A DNA stretch of 64,000 nucleotides from the NCBI GenBank assembly GCA_965215505.1, contig OZ244065.1, positions 3,616,001 through 3,680,000 of the forward strand, given 5' to 3'. The translations under genes and the position numbers were made by a program. Source of the DNA: Capsulimonadaceae bacterium (GTDB taxonomy: Bacteria > Armatimonadota > Armatimonadia > Armatimonadales > Capsulimonadaceae). Shown here piece after piece: positions 38,941 through 48,741 of this stretch. Positions within the stretch are counted from its first letter, which is position 1; each line of letters opens with the position of its first letter. A model generated the notes under the pieces. It saw only the letters and a program-made list of their open reading frames with translations, did not search any database and was not told the DNA's origin.

Positions 38941-39216
38941 ACCTTTCGCCCGCGTGGGACCCGGTCATGAATGGCCGGGCTACTGTGGAATGGAAGTCGC
39001 TCCGCGACCGAGGACAAGGCAGGAGGGGGCGCGGCAAGAGGGCGCGGCAAGCAGCGCCCCTACGACGGTCAGCCCCTCTTCAATCCGCAACCCCGGCGGG
39101 GTTTTCACTCAACAGTAGCCCGGCCATTCATGGCCGGGTCCCACGCAGCCCTAATTAATGCGCCGGAGCCTTCCCCTTTCCCTGCCCGGCGCGCGGGCTG
39201 GTATAATCCCTGCACG

Positions 39217-40377
39217 ATGCCCAAGACCACGGACAAGACCAAAGATAAGATCAAGGTCCTCCTGCTGCTGCACGACCTGTCGCCGACCGGGGCACCCAAG
39301 CTCGCCGTGTCGGCGTTCGAGCGGTTCACCGACCAGGTGGAGCTGCGGACGATCACCTACCACGGCGGGCCGTTGCGGGACCGCATCCGCGCCCTGGGGC
39401 CGGTGCAGACATTGGTGAGCTTCCAGTGGCCGGGGGGCATCCCCACCCCGCGCGCCCTGCTGCTGTTCCTGTGGCACCGCTCCCTGAGCGTCGGCAAGGC
39501 CCGCGCCTGGTCGCAGGCGGTCCGGCGCTGGAAGCCGGATGTGGTGTATGTCAACAGCGTCGCGGGCCTGCTGGCCGCCAAGCGCCTTTCCCTACCGCCC
39601 GCGCCGGTCCTGCTGCATGTGCATGAGCTGGACAGCTTCCTGCACCCGATGGCACGGGACGCTCCCGAACTCCTCCTGAAACTGCCGGGCCGCTACGTCG
39701 CCGTCTCGCAGGCCGTCGCGGACGCCCTGACCGGGCGCTACGGCGTGGAGGCGAGCAAAGTGGCCGTCGTCCCGGCCTTCGTCGAGGCGTTCCCGCTGCC
39801 GGCCCCGATTCCGAGCGGCGACGGGCGGCTGGTCGTCGGCGGGGCGGGCGTCATGAGCTGGGTCAAGGGGGTGCCGCTCTGGCTGCTGATGGCCGCCGAG
39901 GTCAAGAAGCGGCTCGGCGCGGGCCGCGTCCGGTTCGTCTGGGTGGGCATGGTGGAGGACGAGGAGGGCTGGCGCTTCCGGGAGATGGCGCGCAAACTCC
40001 ATCTGACGGACGACATCGCGCTGGTGCCGTTCACGTCCCGCCCGCTGGACCATTACGCGGGCTTCGACGTCTTCGCGCTGACCTCGTGGGAGGAGACGGC
40101 CTCGCTGGCGGCCCTGGAAAACATGCTGCTCCAGAAGGCCGTCGTCTGCTTCGCCGGCGCGGGCGGCCCGCCCGAGTTCGTGGGCGCGGCGGGCATCGTG
40201 ATCGGGGAGTTCTCGCCGACGGACATGGCGGCGGCTGTCGTGGGTCTGGCCGAAGACCCCGCCCGGCGCGTGGCCCTCGGGGAAGCGGCCCGGCGGCGCG
40301 TCCTGGACAATTTCACGGCGGAGCGGCAGGCCCCGCGCCTGCTGGACGAGATCCGGCGGGTGGCGGGGCGCGGGTGA
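39217..40377 (+). CDS. Glycosyltransferase family 4
   Basis: HDLSPTGAP, HVHE, FALTSWEE..LAALE. Confidence 0.85.
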   Translation: MPKTTDKTKDKIKVLLLLHDLSPTGAPKLAVSAFERFTDQVELRTITYHGGPLRDRIRALGPVQTLVSFQWPGGIPTPRALLLFLWHRSLSVGKARAWSQAVRRWKPDVVYVNSVAGLLAAKRLSLPPAPVLLHVHELDSFLHPMARDAPELLLKLPGRYVAVSQAVADALTGRYGVEASKVAVVPAFVEAFPLPAPIPSGDGRLVVGGAGVMSWVKGVPLWLLMAAEVKKRLGAGRVRFVWVGMVEDEEGWRFREMARKLHLTDDIALVPFTSRPLDHYAGFDVFALTSWEETASLAALENMLLQKAVVCFAGAGGPPEFVGAAGIVIGEFSPTDMAAAVVGLAEDPARRVALGEAARRRVLDNFTAERQAPRLLDEIRRVAGRG

Positions 40378-40603
40378 GAGGGCGGGGGGTCCCGGAGGGA
40401 CCCGGCCATGAATGGCCGGGCTACTGTTGAGTGGAAACCCCTCCGGGGTTGAAGACCGTAGGGGCGCTGCTTGCCGCGGCCTCCTGATCCTGCCGCGGCC
40501 TCCTGATCCTGCCGCGGCCTCAGTCGCGGAGCGACTTTCATGTAAGAGTAGCCGGCCATTTATGGCCGGGACACGCCTGCGCCGGATCCCCCTAGCGTCC
40601 CTC

Positions 40604-41722
40604 CTACCGCGAGGACACCTGCGGCGTCCCGCACATCTTCCGGTACAAAGCGGTGATGCGGGCGATGTAGCGGCGCGTCTCGCGGTAGGGCGGGACGCCG
40701 TGGTATTTGCGGACCGCGCCCGGCCCGGCGTTGTAGGCGGCCATGGTCAGCGCGATCTGGTCGAAGGGGATGACGCCGCCGTTCGCCGGGGCACCGCCGT
40801 ACTTGTCCAGATGCCCGCGCAGCAGATGCACGGCGGCCCCGATGTTCTGGACGGGGTCGTAGGCGTTGGTGACGCCCAGCCCGCGCGCCTCCTCGGGCAT
40901 GATCTGGGCCAGGCCCATCGCGCCGGCCCGCGAGGTGGAATAGATGTCGAAGTCGGACTCGGCGATGATGCAGCAGACGACCAGGCGCGGGTCCACGTTG
41001 TTGATGTCGCTGAAATACAGCACGCTCGTCGTGATCTTGTCCACTTCGGCCTCGGACAGACGCCGGTTCCAGTGCCGGACCAGGCTCCGGTAGGGGGCGT
41101 AGATCGCCAGGGCGCGCGGCGACAGGGCACCGGCGGGGTGGCCGGTGTAATCGGAGGAGGCGTAAGAACGCCCGGCAGAAGAGGACCGCCCGGCGGGCTG
41201 GTCGGCGCTGACGAACGGCAGCGACCGGGCCAGGGCCGCCTGGTGGATGGCCTCCGCCCGCAGCGCCGTCTTCTCCGCGCCCGCCACGTCCCCCTCGGGG
41301 GCCAGCGCGACCAGGCGCAGGCCGGAGGGCAGGCTGCCGTCGTCGGGCGTCGCCACCAGCAGCGCGCGCGCCCGCAGGCCGGTGTCAAGCCACGAGGCGG
41401 CGCGCAGGCCGGCCGGGAGCGGCACATACACCGAATCATCGCCGACCATCAGCAGCGCGGTCCGCTCAGCCCCCGACGACACCAGCCCGCTGACCATCAC
41501 GCTGATCTCCACGGCCCGCCCCGCATACCCGCCGGGACGCCGCGCGGCCTCCACCCCCGCCGCCCCGGTCAGGAGCGGGCCGGAGAGCCGGGCGCGGGCC
41601 GCGAAGAAGGCCGAGGCAGGATCGGCTCCCGCCCGGCCCGCGAGAAACAGCAGGGCGAGGGCGAACAGCGCGAGTGTTGGGAGGCTCACCGGGGAGACTC
41701 GGGAAGAGGGTTTAATGGACAC
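40604..41722 (-). CDS. Lytic transglycosylase (SLT domain), secreted
   Basis: AES, GAMGLAQIMP, AAYNAG, PYRETRRY. Confidence 0.92.
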   Translation of the reverse strand: MSIKPSSRVSPVSLPTLALFALALLFLAGRAGADPASAFFAARARLSGPLLTGAAGVEAARRPGGYAGRAVEISVMVSGLVSSGAERTALLMVGDDSVYVPLPAGLRAASWLDTGLRARALLVATPDDGSLPSGLRLVALAPEGDVAGAEKTALRAEAIHQAALARSLPFVSADQPAGRSSSAGRSYASSDYTGHPAGALSPRALAIYAPYRSLVRHWNRRLSEAEVDKITTSVLYFSDINNVDPRLVVCCIIAESDFDIYSTSRAGAMGLAQIMPEEARGLGVTNAYDPVQNIGAAVHLLRGHLDKYGGAPANGGVIPFDQIALTMAAYNAGPGAVRKYHGVPPYRETRRYIARITALYRKMCGTPQVSSR

Positions 41723-42208
41723 GCCTGTATCTTATCACAGGTGGCGGCGGGTGTCAAGGTTGGGGGGAAGGAATCTGGGGCGATCCGCGCATCGTCGCCG
41801 GGGCGTCCGGCGCGGGTGTGACCCGGCCATGAATGGCCGGTCTATTCCCGGCTTCGCCGGTGGGCCGCCCCTTCGGGGCTTCTGAGGGACAAGGCCGCAG
41901 GAGGGTTGGGGAACCCAACCCCTACGCCATCCCTGTAGGGGCGGGGTCCCCCCGCCCTCTTCGTCCCGCCTTTTTGTCCTGCCTGTTCGTCCTGCCACGC
42001 CTTCCGGGGAAGACGGAGGGCGCGGATGGGGAAGGAGGGCGCGGATTACGAAAGAGGGCGCGGCAAGCGGCACCCCTACGAGGCCCGGCGGGCATCACGT
42101 TGTCCGAACGATGCCATCCGAAGCCCCGAAGCGGGCGGCCCATCCGTGTAGACCGGCGGTTTAACGCCGGGACGATTTGGCCGGGACGCCGGGACAACGG
42201 CAGGACGT

Positions 42209-43915
42209 TCATGGCATGGCCTTGGGGCGCGGCGCAGGGAGATCAATCGCCAGACGTGACCCGAAGAGCGGGCGACCGCCCGCGCGCACATACATGATGA
42301 CGACCTCGGTCGGCGCGTCCGGCGACCCCGCCCGGTCCATCTGGAACGTCAGCCTGGCCCGATCGAGCTGGTCGGCGGGGACTCGGGCGAAGTCCTGCCG
42401 GAAGTCGGCGGCGAACGCCTGCTGGACCCACGGGGACAGGTCCGTCAAGGCCAGGCCGTCGGCGGAAAAGGCGGCCTCCCGCTGGAGGGGCGGCAGCAGG
42501 CCGATCAGGCGCAGCGTCTTGTAAGTCATGACGGAAGACCACGGGCCGGTCCCGGCCAGGGCGACATCTAGGGTGAGCTTCACCTGCGGCCAGGTCAGCG
42601 TCGCCGCGATCTCCGTGTTGTCTTCCAAAGTCAGCGTGCCCTGTTTTTGGAGCCGCGCCCGCCACCTGGCGACCAGGCGGTCCGGCACGTCGTTCGCCCG
42701 GTCCAGCGCCCAGGTCCGGCTCCAGAACACATAATCATCGCCGACCTTCTCGGTGTGCAGGTCCCATTCCCGGCAGATGCCGGCGATGAGCTGCGGCAGC
42801 GTCCCTTTCAGTGGCGTGGGTCCGGGCGTGTCGTACTTCGCCGTGGCCCCCGCTTTGATGAAGTCTTCCTGACAGAGAGTGACGTGAGCGACCTTCGCCA
42901 GCGCCTGTAAGGTGAAGCCGACATCCTTGCGCTGGGCGGGCGTGACCGCCCTATCCGTCAGCAGGGGTGCCAGGTCGAAGACCGGCTCTTTCGGCCCGGC
43001 GATGGGCGGCGGCACGCGGTTTGGGGCGCGGTCGGTGTTTGTGTCGTAAACCTCTAGACCGTTCCCGTAATCGTTGACGCCTTCCAGCTTCACCTCATAC
43101 TCGGTGGCCTGGTTCGGGTAGGTGCCGTCTTTATCCATCCGCTCCACGGAGAGCGCCGGCGGCACATCCGGCGGCTCAGGAGGCGGGTATCCTGCACGGA
43201 TCGCCTCCGCGTAGGTGCGGAGACTGTCCGCGCGCTGCTTCTGCTTGAAGGCGGCTATCTCTCCGGCGAACATCGCGGGGTCCAGGGGCATCTTCTCGCC
43301 GTCCACCAGCGCCTCGATCTGGGCGTCCGACAGGTTTTGGAGGGCGCGGTCGAGCGGGGTGGGGTCGCCGCGCAGGCGCGCGGGCGGGTAGTCGCTCTTG
43401 AACTCCCGGCGCTGTTCCGCCGTCAGGGGGATGACGTCGCGCATGTCGCGGAGCATTCTGGCGGCTTCCCGGCGCGGGTAGTCCCGCGCGTACTCCTCGT
43501 CTTGGAGCGAGCGCAAGTCGCGCCACAGGTTAAAGGCGGGGCGGGCATTCGCGGGCCGTCCCAGCTTCTCCCAGTAGTAGCCGTGCGGCTTCTCTGGCAG
43601 GTGGCTGAGGAGCTGGGGCAGGCGGTTCAGCAGCAGGTAGAGCGGCTGGCCGGTGAGGCGGAGCGTCACGCGCTGGTCGGCGATCTGCGAGGAGGCGGAG
43701 AGGTCTACTTTAAGCATCGGCGAGAGGTCTTTCAGCACCTCGCCGAGCGGGCGGTCGGTGGCCTCCAGGGTGATCTTCTGCTGCAAGAGCGGGTCGTCGC
43801 GCAGGAGCGTAGGACTCGCCGGGGCAGTAGCCGGGGCGGGCGTGGGGGCGGCCCCGCCGGGACCGGCGGGCGGCAGGAGGCCCATTAGGAGGAGAATGAG
43901 AGCTTGCGGGCGCAT
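42209..43915 (-). CDS. Secreted hypothetical protein (N-terminal STN-like segment)
   Basis: Signal peptide; LQQKITLEATDRPLGEVL. Confidence 0.7.
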   Translation of the reverse strand: MRPQALILLLMGLLPPAGPGGAAPTPAPATAPASPTLLRDDPLLQQKITLEATDRPLGEVLKDLSPMLKVDLSASSQIADQRVTLRLTGQPLYLLLNRLPQLLSHLPEKPHGYYWEKLGRPANARPAFNLWRDLRSLQDEEYARDYPRREAARMLRDMRDVIPLTAEQRREFKSDYPPARLRGDPTPLDRALQNLSDAQIEALVDGEKMPLDPAMFAGEIAAFKQKQRADSLRTYAEAIRAGYPPPEPPDVPPALSVERMDKDGTYPNQATEYEVKLEGVNDYGNGLEVYDTNTDRAPNRVPPPIAGPKEPVFDLAPLLTDRAVTPAQRKDVGFTLQALAKVAHVTLCQEDFIKAGATAKYDTPGPTPLKGTLPQLIAGICREWDLHTEKVGDDYVFWSRTWALDRANDVPDRLVARWRARLQKQGTLTLEDNTEIAATLTWPQVKLTLDVALAGTGPWSSVMTYKTLRLIGLLPPLQREAAFSADGLALTDLSPWVQQAFAADFRQDFARVPADQLDRARLTFQMDRAGSPDAPTEVVIMYVRAGGRPLFGSRLAIDLPAPRPKAMP

Positions 43916-43991
43916 GAGCCATCATAGCATGGTCGGCCGCTTCTGTCAATGGAGCAGTTGAAAGCCGGCCGCAGAGATTTTTCAGCGTTTG

Positions 43992-44020
43992 TTGACAACG
44001 GCTGGCAATTAAGATATACT
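43992..44020 (+). promoter_or_regulatory. sigma70 promoter
   Basis: TTGACA-17 bp-TATACT upstream of HTH_17/wzm operon. Confidence 0.75.
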
Positions 44021-44105
44021 GGATAGGATCAGAAAATAATCACAAAATGATCGAGATCACGCCGAGGCAAGACACAGCGGCGACGAGAGTGAGAACCAGA
44101 CACGG

Positions 44106-44345
44106 ATGGAGTCCGAATCCAGAGACCTGCTGACCGTGGAACAAGCGGCGGCCTACTTGCAGCTCAGTCAGTCCAGCATCCGCTCTTACATCCGTCAGGG
44201 CAAGCTGAGTGCCTTCCGCATCGCCGGCAAGCGCAAAGTCCTCATCCAGCGCACCGAGCTCCTGAAGCTGCTGGAGCCGGCACGCGCCCAGGACATCGTC
44301 CTGGACGCCGAGGCCGGGCCGGACGAGGAAGACGACGCGGAATGA
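44106..44345 (+). CDS. Excisionase-family (HTH_17) DNA-binding protein
   Basis: LLTVEQAAAYLQLSQSSIRSYIRQGKLSAFRI. Confidence 0.88.
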   Translation: MESESRDLLTVEQAAAYLQLSQSSIRSYIRQGKLSAFRIAGKRKVLIQRTELLKLLEPARAQDIVLDAEAGPDEEDDAE

Positions 44346-45274
44346 ACGGCGATGTCGGGGGGGCCACGTCCGTCGTCATCCGGGCGAGGCCCGGCAGCCT
44401 GGGGCTGGCCGAGGAGGCGCGCGAGCTGTGGCGCTACAAGCACCTCGTCCGCACCCTGGTCGAGCGGGATTTGCGCGTCCGCTACAAGAACTCCGTGCTG
44501 GGCGTCGCCTGGACCATGGTCAACCCTCTGGTGCAGGTGTTCGTGCTGACCGTCGCCATCAGCTTCATCCTGGGGGCCGGGCCGCACAATCTCAGCGCCT
44601 ACATCTTCTGCGCCACCATCCCCTGGACCTTCTTCCAGACCGCCATCCTCGATTCGTCCACGTCCGTACTCGCCAAGCTCGGCCTGCTGAAGAAGGTCTA
44701 CTTCCCGCGCGAGATTCCCCTGATCGCGACCGTCTGCCAGAACTTCGTCCAGTTCCTGATCTCGCTCGGCGTCTTCGTCTTGTACCGCTTCGTCCTCACC
44801 CCCCTGCTGCACGGCGGCAGCGTCGCGCCGCCCTTGGCCCTGCTCTGGCTGCCGGTCGTGACCGTGCTGCTCTTCCTGCTGACTTTGGGGACGGCCTTCT
44901 TCGTCGCCACCCTGAACGTCTTCTACGAGGACGTGAAGTTCATCCTGACCCTGACGATGGGCTTCCTGTTCTACCTGATGCCGATCATCTACTTCGCCGA
45001 GAACATCCAGTACGCCGCGCGCCTCCACAGCGCGGCGGGCCGCTGGTGGGCCTATCACCTGTATCTGGCGAACCCGATGGCCTGGATCGTCACGGCCTTC
45101 AAGCAGATGTTCTTCGGCGTCCAGAACATCGCGAAGCCCGGCGACCCGGTGCTTTTGAGTGCGCCGTTCGACTGGCGCTATCTGCTCATCACGGCCGTCT
45201 TCTCCGTCACGTTCTGCCTGGGGGGCTACTCCTTCTTCAATGGCCGCAAGTGGCGGTTCACGGAGCGTCCGTGA
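44342..45274 (+). CDS. wzm: ABC-2 polysaccharide export permease (Wzm)
   Basis: RDLRVRYKNSVLGVAW, KKVYFP, PIIY, NPM. Confidence 0.88.
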   Translation: MNGDVGGATSVVIRARPGSLGLAEEARELWRYKHLVRTLVERDLRVRYKNSVLGVAWTMVNPLVQVFVLTVAISFILGAGPHNLSAYIFCATIPWTFFQTAILDSSTSVLAKLGLLKKVYFPREIPLIATVCQNFVQFLISLGVFVLYRFVLTPLLHGGSVAPPLALLWLPVVTVLLFLLTLGTAFFVATLNVFYEDVKFILTLTMGFLFYLMPIIYFAENIQYAARLHSAAGRWWAYHLYLANPMAWIVTAFKQMFFGVQNIAKPGDPVLLSAPFDWRYLLITAVFSVTFCLGGYSFFNGRKWRFTERP

Positions 45275-46047
45275 GAGAAAACGCCCCCCCCGCCGTCGAG
45301 ATCACCGGCCTGGTGAAAGAGTTCCGGGTCTACCACCGCTCCTACGGGTCACTCAAGAGCCACGCCGCCGCCCTGGCGAAGAACCTGATCCGCCGCGAGG
45401 TCACGTCCGCCTACGAGATACGGCGCGCGCTGGACGGCGTCACGTTCCGAATCGCGCCCGGCGAGACGGTCGCCTTGATCGGGCGCAACGGATCCGGCAA
45501 GAGTACCCTGCTCTCCATCCTCTCGCGGATCTATTTGCCGACGGCGGGCGAGGCGCGGCTGAATGGGCGGATGATGAGCCTGCTGGAACTGGGCGCGGGC
45601 TTCGACAGCGAGCTGACCGGGGCGCAGAACGTCTTCTTCAACGGCGTCGTGCTGGGGCTGGACGAGGACCAGGTGGCGGCCCGCTACGACGCCATTCTAG
45701 ACTTCGCCGAGCTTGACCGGCAGGCGATGGACCTGCCGGTGCGGATGTACTCGTCGGGGATGCAGCTCAGGCTCGGCTTCGCCATCGCCGTGCATCTGGA
45801 GGCCGACCTGCTGCTGGTGGATGAGGGGCTGGCGGTCGGCGACGAGGGCTTCCAGGAGAAGTGTTTCCGCAAGATGGAGGAGTTCCACGCCCAGGGCAAG
45901 ACCATCCTGATGGTGACGCACGAACTGGACCACGTCGAGCGCCTGGCCCAGCGCGTTCTGTGGCTGGACGGCGGCAGGATACGGCGCGACGGCCCGGTGG
46001 CGGACGTCCTGGCCGAGTACCGGGGGACCTTCCGCCATGACGGATGA
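45271..46047 (+). CDS. wzt: Polysaccharide ABC transporter ATPase (Wzt), no C-terminal binding domain
   Basis: GRNGSGKST, LELGAGF, YSSGM, DEGLAVGD. Confidence 0.9.
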   Translation: MRENAPPAVEITGLVKEFRVYHRSYGSLKSHAAALAKNLIRREVTSAYEIRRALDGVTFRIAPGETVALIGRNGSGKSTLLSILSRIYLPTAGEARLNGRMMSLLELGAGFDSELTGAQNVFFNGVVLGLDEDQVAARYDAILDFAELDRQAMDLPVRMYSSGMQLRLGFAIAVHLEADLLLVDEGLAVGDEGFQEKCFRKMEEFHAQGKTILMVTHELDHVERLAQRVLWLDGGRIRRDGPVADVLAEYRGTFRHDG

Positions 46048-47251
46048 AGCAGGGGAAAGTCCTATCCCGGCGGGCAAGCCCGCCACCCTTCCCTGGCGCA
46101 ACTGCACCCGACCCGAGGGAAGGGACAGGCCCGGAACGAATGTGAACGGGCCAGGGATAGGACCCGACCTGTCCGTGGCCGTCGTCTCCTACAACACCAA
46201 GGACCTGCTGCGCGCCTGCCTCGCCTCGCTGCGCGACCGGGAAGCGGATGGGGAGGCGCGGCTGGAAATCATCGTCGCCGACAATGGCTCGGACGACGGC
46301 AGCCTGGAGATGGCACGCGCCGAGTTCCCCGGCGTCCGCGTCGTCGAAACCGGCGGCAACGTCGGCTTCGGGCGGGCCAACAACCTCGCCCTGCGGGACG
46401 CGCGGGGCCGCCACTTCTGCCTGCTGAACTCCGACGCCGAGGCCCTGCCCGGCGCGCTGCGCGGGGCCTTGGCCTTCCTCGACGCGCACCCCGACGTCGG
46501 CCTCGCCGGCGGACAACTGCTGTGGCCGGACGGGCGCGCGCAGACCTCCTGGGGCAACGACCCGACGCTGGCAGGCGTCTGGCAGGAGCAGACGTGGGGG
46601 TGGAGGGGGAATGCCCCCACCCCCCGCCCCTCCCTTCACCCCGCTCCGTTCCTACGAGGGGCTGCAAGCGGGAGAGGGCGGTCAGAGTTGGATTCGGAGG
46701 GGGAATTGTCCGGCTCTCCTCCGGCTGGTCCTTTATCCGACTCCCCTCTCCCGCTTGCGGGGGAGGGGCGGGGGGTGGGGGCCTCCTCTCCCCCCCGCGA
46801 CGTGGACCAGATCAGCGGCGCGTTCATGGCGATCCGGCGCGAAGCCTGGCATCAGATCGGCGGCTTCGATCCGGCCTACTTCATGTATAATGAAGACGTG
46901 GACCTGAACGTCCGCCTGCGCCGGGCGGGCTGGCGGGTCGTCTTCCTGCCCGACGTTCGCATCCGGCACCACCTGGGCGCGAGCAGCCGGGCGGACTGGC
47001 GGACGCGCGCCCGCATGGTGTCCGCCTACAACGAGAGCCGCGCCCTTTACTTCGCCCGCTATGAGGGGCCTGCGGCGGGCCGCCGGCTGCGGGCCTACTG
47101 CCTGCTGGGCGCGGCCATCCGCCTGACCGGCTGGAGCCTGCTTGCCGCCGCCAAGCCCGCCGCCCGCGACAAGGTGAGGCTGTTCCGGGAGGTCTGGCGG
47201 CGGACATGGGCAATGGGAACGTCGGGGACGCCGGGGCAGGAGGGGCTATAG
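46037..47251 (+). CDS. Glycosyltransferase family 2 with in-frame palindromic insertion
   Basis: VVSYN, DNGSDDGS, GFGRANN, LLNSD, GGFD..YFMYNEDVD. Confidence 0.88.
   Translation: MTDEAGESPIPAGKPATLPWRNCTRPEGRDRPGTNVNGPGIGPDLSVAVVSYNTKDLLRACLASLRDREADGEARLEIIVADNGSDDGSLEMARAEFPGVRVVETGGNVGFGRANNLALRDARGRHFCLLNSDAEALPGALRGALAFLDAHPDVGLAGGQLLWPDGRAQTSWGNDPTLAGVWQEQTWGWRGNAPTPRPSLHPAPFLRGAASGRGRSELDSEGELSGSPPAGPLSDSPLPLAGEGRGVGASSPPRDVDQISGAFMAIRREAWHQIGGFDPAYFMYNEDVDLNVRLRRAGWRVVFLPDVRIRHHLGASSRADWRTRARMVSAYNESRALYFARYEGPAAGRRLRAYCLLGAAIRLTGWSLLAAAKPAARDKVRLFREVWRRTWAMGTSGTPGQEGL
46613..46782. repeat. Palindromic element inserted in frame in the GT2 gene
   Basis: GCCCCCACCCCCCGCCCCTCCC / GGGAGGGGCGGGGGGTGGGGGC and GCAAGCGGGAGAGGG / CCCTCTCCCGCTTGC inverted arms. 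Confidence 0.8.
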
Positions 47252-47255
47252 GAGC

Positions 47256-48032
47256 ATGACACCCACGCAGACCGCCCGCCGGTATGTCGGCGACCAGATC
47301 AGGCGGGTCCGGTTCCGCCGGGCGTTCCAGGAGTTCAAGGCGGCATCGCGGGGCGGGGACAGGTTCCCCATCGCCTGGGGGGACCGCCTGCCCTGCCTCA
47401 ATGAAGGCACGGCGGGCACCGAGTTCGACCGGCACTACGTCTACCACCCGGCCTGGGCGGCGCGCGTCCTGCGCGCGACCCGGCCGGAGGAGCATGTGGA
47501 CATCTCCTCCACGCTGCACTTCTGCACCATCGTGTCGGCGTTCCTCCCGGTCCGGTTCTACGACTACCGGCCCGCCGAACTCGCCCTGGCCGGGCTGGCG
47601 TCGGGGCGGGCCGACCTGACCGCCCTGCCGTTCGCCGACGGCAGCATCGCGTCCCTCTCCTGCATGCACACGGTCGAACACGTCGGCCTGGGCCGCTACG
47701 GGGACCCGCTGGACCCGGACGGCGACTTGAAGGCGGTCGGGGAGCTGCGGCGCGTCCTCGCGCCCGGCGGCTCGCTGCTCTTCGTCGTGCCGGTCGGCAG
47801 GCCGCGCATCCTGTTCAACGCCCACCGCATCTACGCGCACGCGCAGATCACGGAGTATTTCGCGGACCTGGAACTGGTCCGGTTCGCCCTGGTCCCGGAC
47901 GACACGCGGGTGGGGCTGATCGAGGACGCCACCCCCGCGCAGTCCGATGCCCAGTCCTACGGCTGCGGGTGCTTCTGGTTCAGGAAGCCGCCCGCGCCGG
48001 GGGATCAACGGGCGGGCGATGCACGCGGATGA
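47256..48032 (+). CDS. DUF268-like SAM-dependent methyltransferase
   Basis: FDRHYVYH, SCMHTVEHVGLGRYGDPLD. Confidence 0.8.
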   Translation: MTPTQTARRYVGDQIRRVRFRRAFQEFKAASRGGDRFPIAWGDRLPCLNEGTAGTEFDRHYVYHPAWAARVLRATRPEEHVDISSTLHFCTIVSAFLPVRFYDYRPAELALAGLASGRADLTALPFADGSIASLSCMHTVEHVGLGRYGDPLDPDGDLKAVGELRRVLAPGGSLLFVVPVGRPRILFNAHRIYAHAQITEYFADLELVRFALVPDDTRVGLIEDATPAQSDAQSYGCGCFWFRKPPAPGDQRAGDARG

Positions 48033-48735
48033 TGTCGTCGCGGACTTCCAGGCTCAGGCCGGGACGCCGGGCAGCGACCAGCGCGCGCAGCTCTTCCAGG
48101 GCGGGGTAGTTGTTCTCGCGCCGGAACTCGCGGGCGTCGTCCACCAGGATGACGTGGCCCTGGACGGGGTGCGCGAGGATCATCGCGAGTTCGCTCAGGA
48201 CCGGCGTGACGGACTTGCCCAGTGCGGTGATGCCGCTGGAGTAGTGCCCGTCCAGCCAGAACAGACAGGGTTCCCGGACTTCCGAGAGGATGCCGGGCAG
48301 GACCCGCTCGCTGTCCCCTTGCAGGATCGTGACGTGCGCGTCATCCTGGAACCGCCGCTCCGCCAGGCGCGCGAGGGGGACGCTCAACTCGACCGAGTAG
48401 ATGTGCCGGAACTGATCCCGGCAGGCGGCCACGGTGTCGCCCATGTAGGTGCCGGTTTCGACCAGGGTCTGGAGGCCGAAGCGCCGGCCGTAGTCGCGCA
48501 CCGTGCCGTGCTTGTAGGCGGGGGGCGGCGGGACGGGGCGGCCTTCTTTGTCCCACTCGGCCACGAGGCGGCGGCCCTCCTCCTCGCTGGGCGGCGGCGA
48601 GAACTCGCCCCGGCGCATCAGGTCCGCGATCTCGCGCCGCTTCAGCCGGTCAAGATGGGCGGGGTAAAGCGGGCTGGCCTTGATGACTTTTTTCAAGAGC
48701 TGCCGTACCGTCTGTCCAAATGTCCTTTGACTCAT
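47980..48735 (-). CDS. Putative methyltransferase
   Basis: VETGTYMGDT, SVELS, QGDS, FWLDGHYS. Confidence 0.75.
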   Translation of the reverse strand: MSQRTFGQTVRQLLKKVIKASPLYPAHLDRLKRREIADLMRRGEFSPPPSEEEGRRLVAEWDKEGRPVPPPPAYKHGTVRDYGRRFGLQTLVETGTYMGDTVAACRDQFRHIYSVELSVPLARLAERRFQDDAHVTILQGDSERVLPGILSEVREPCLFWLDGHYSSGITALGKSVTPVLSELAMILAHPVQGHVILVDDAREFRRENNYPALEELRALVAARRPGLSLEVRDDIIRVHRPPVDPPARAAS

Positions 48736-48741
48736 AGGCTC

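Noticed and set aside
44106-44345. Prophage or ICE excisionase
   Set aside because: No integrase, att site or phage genes; translationally coupled to wzm.
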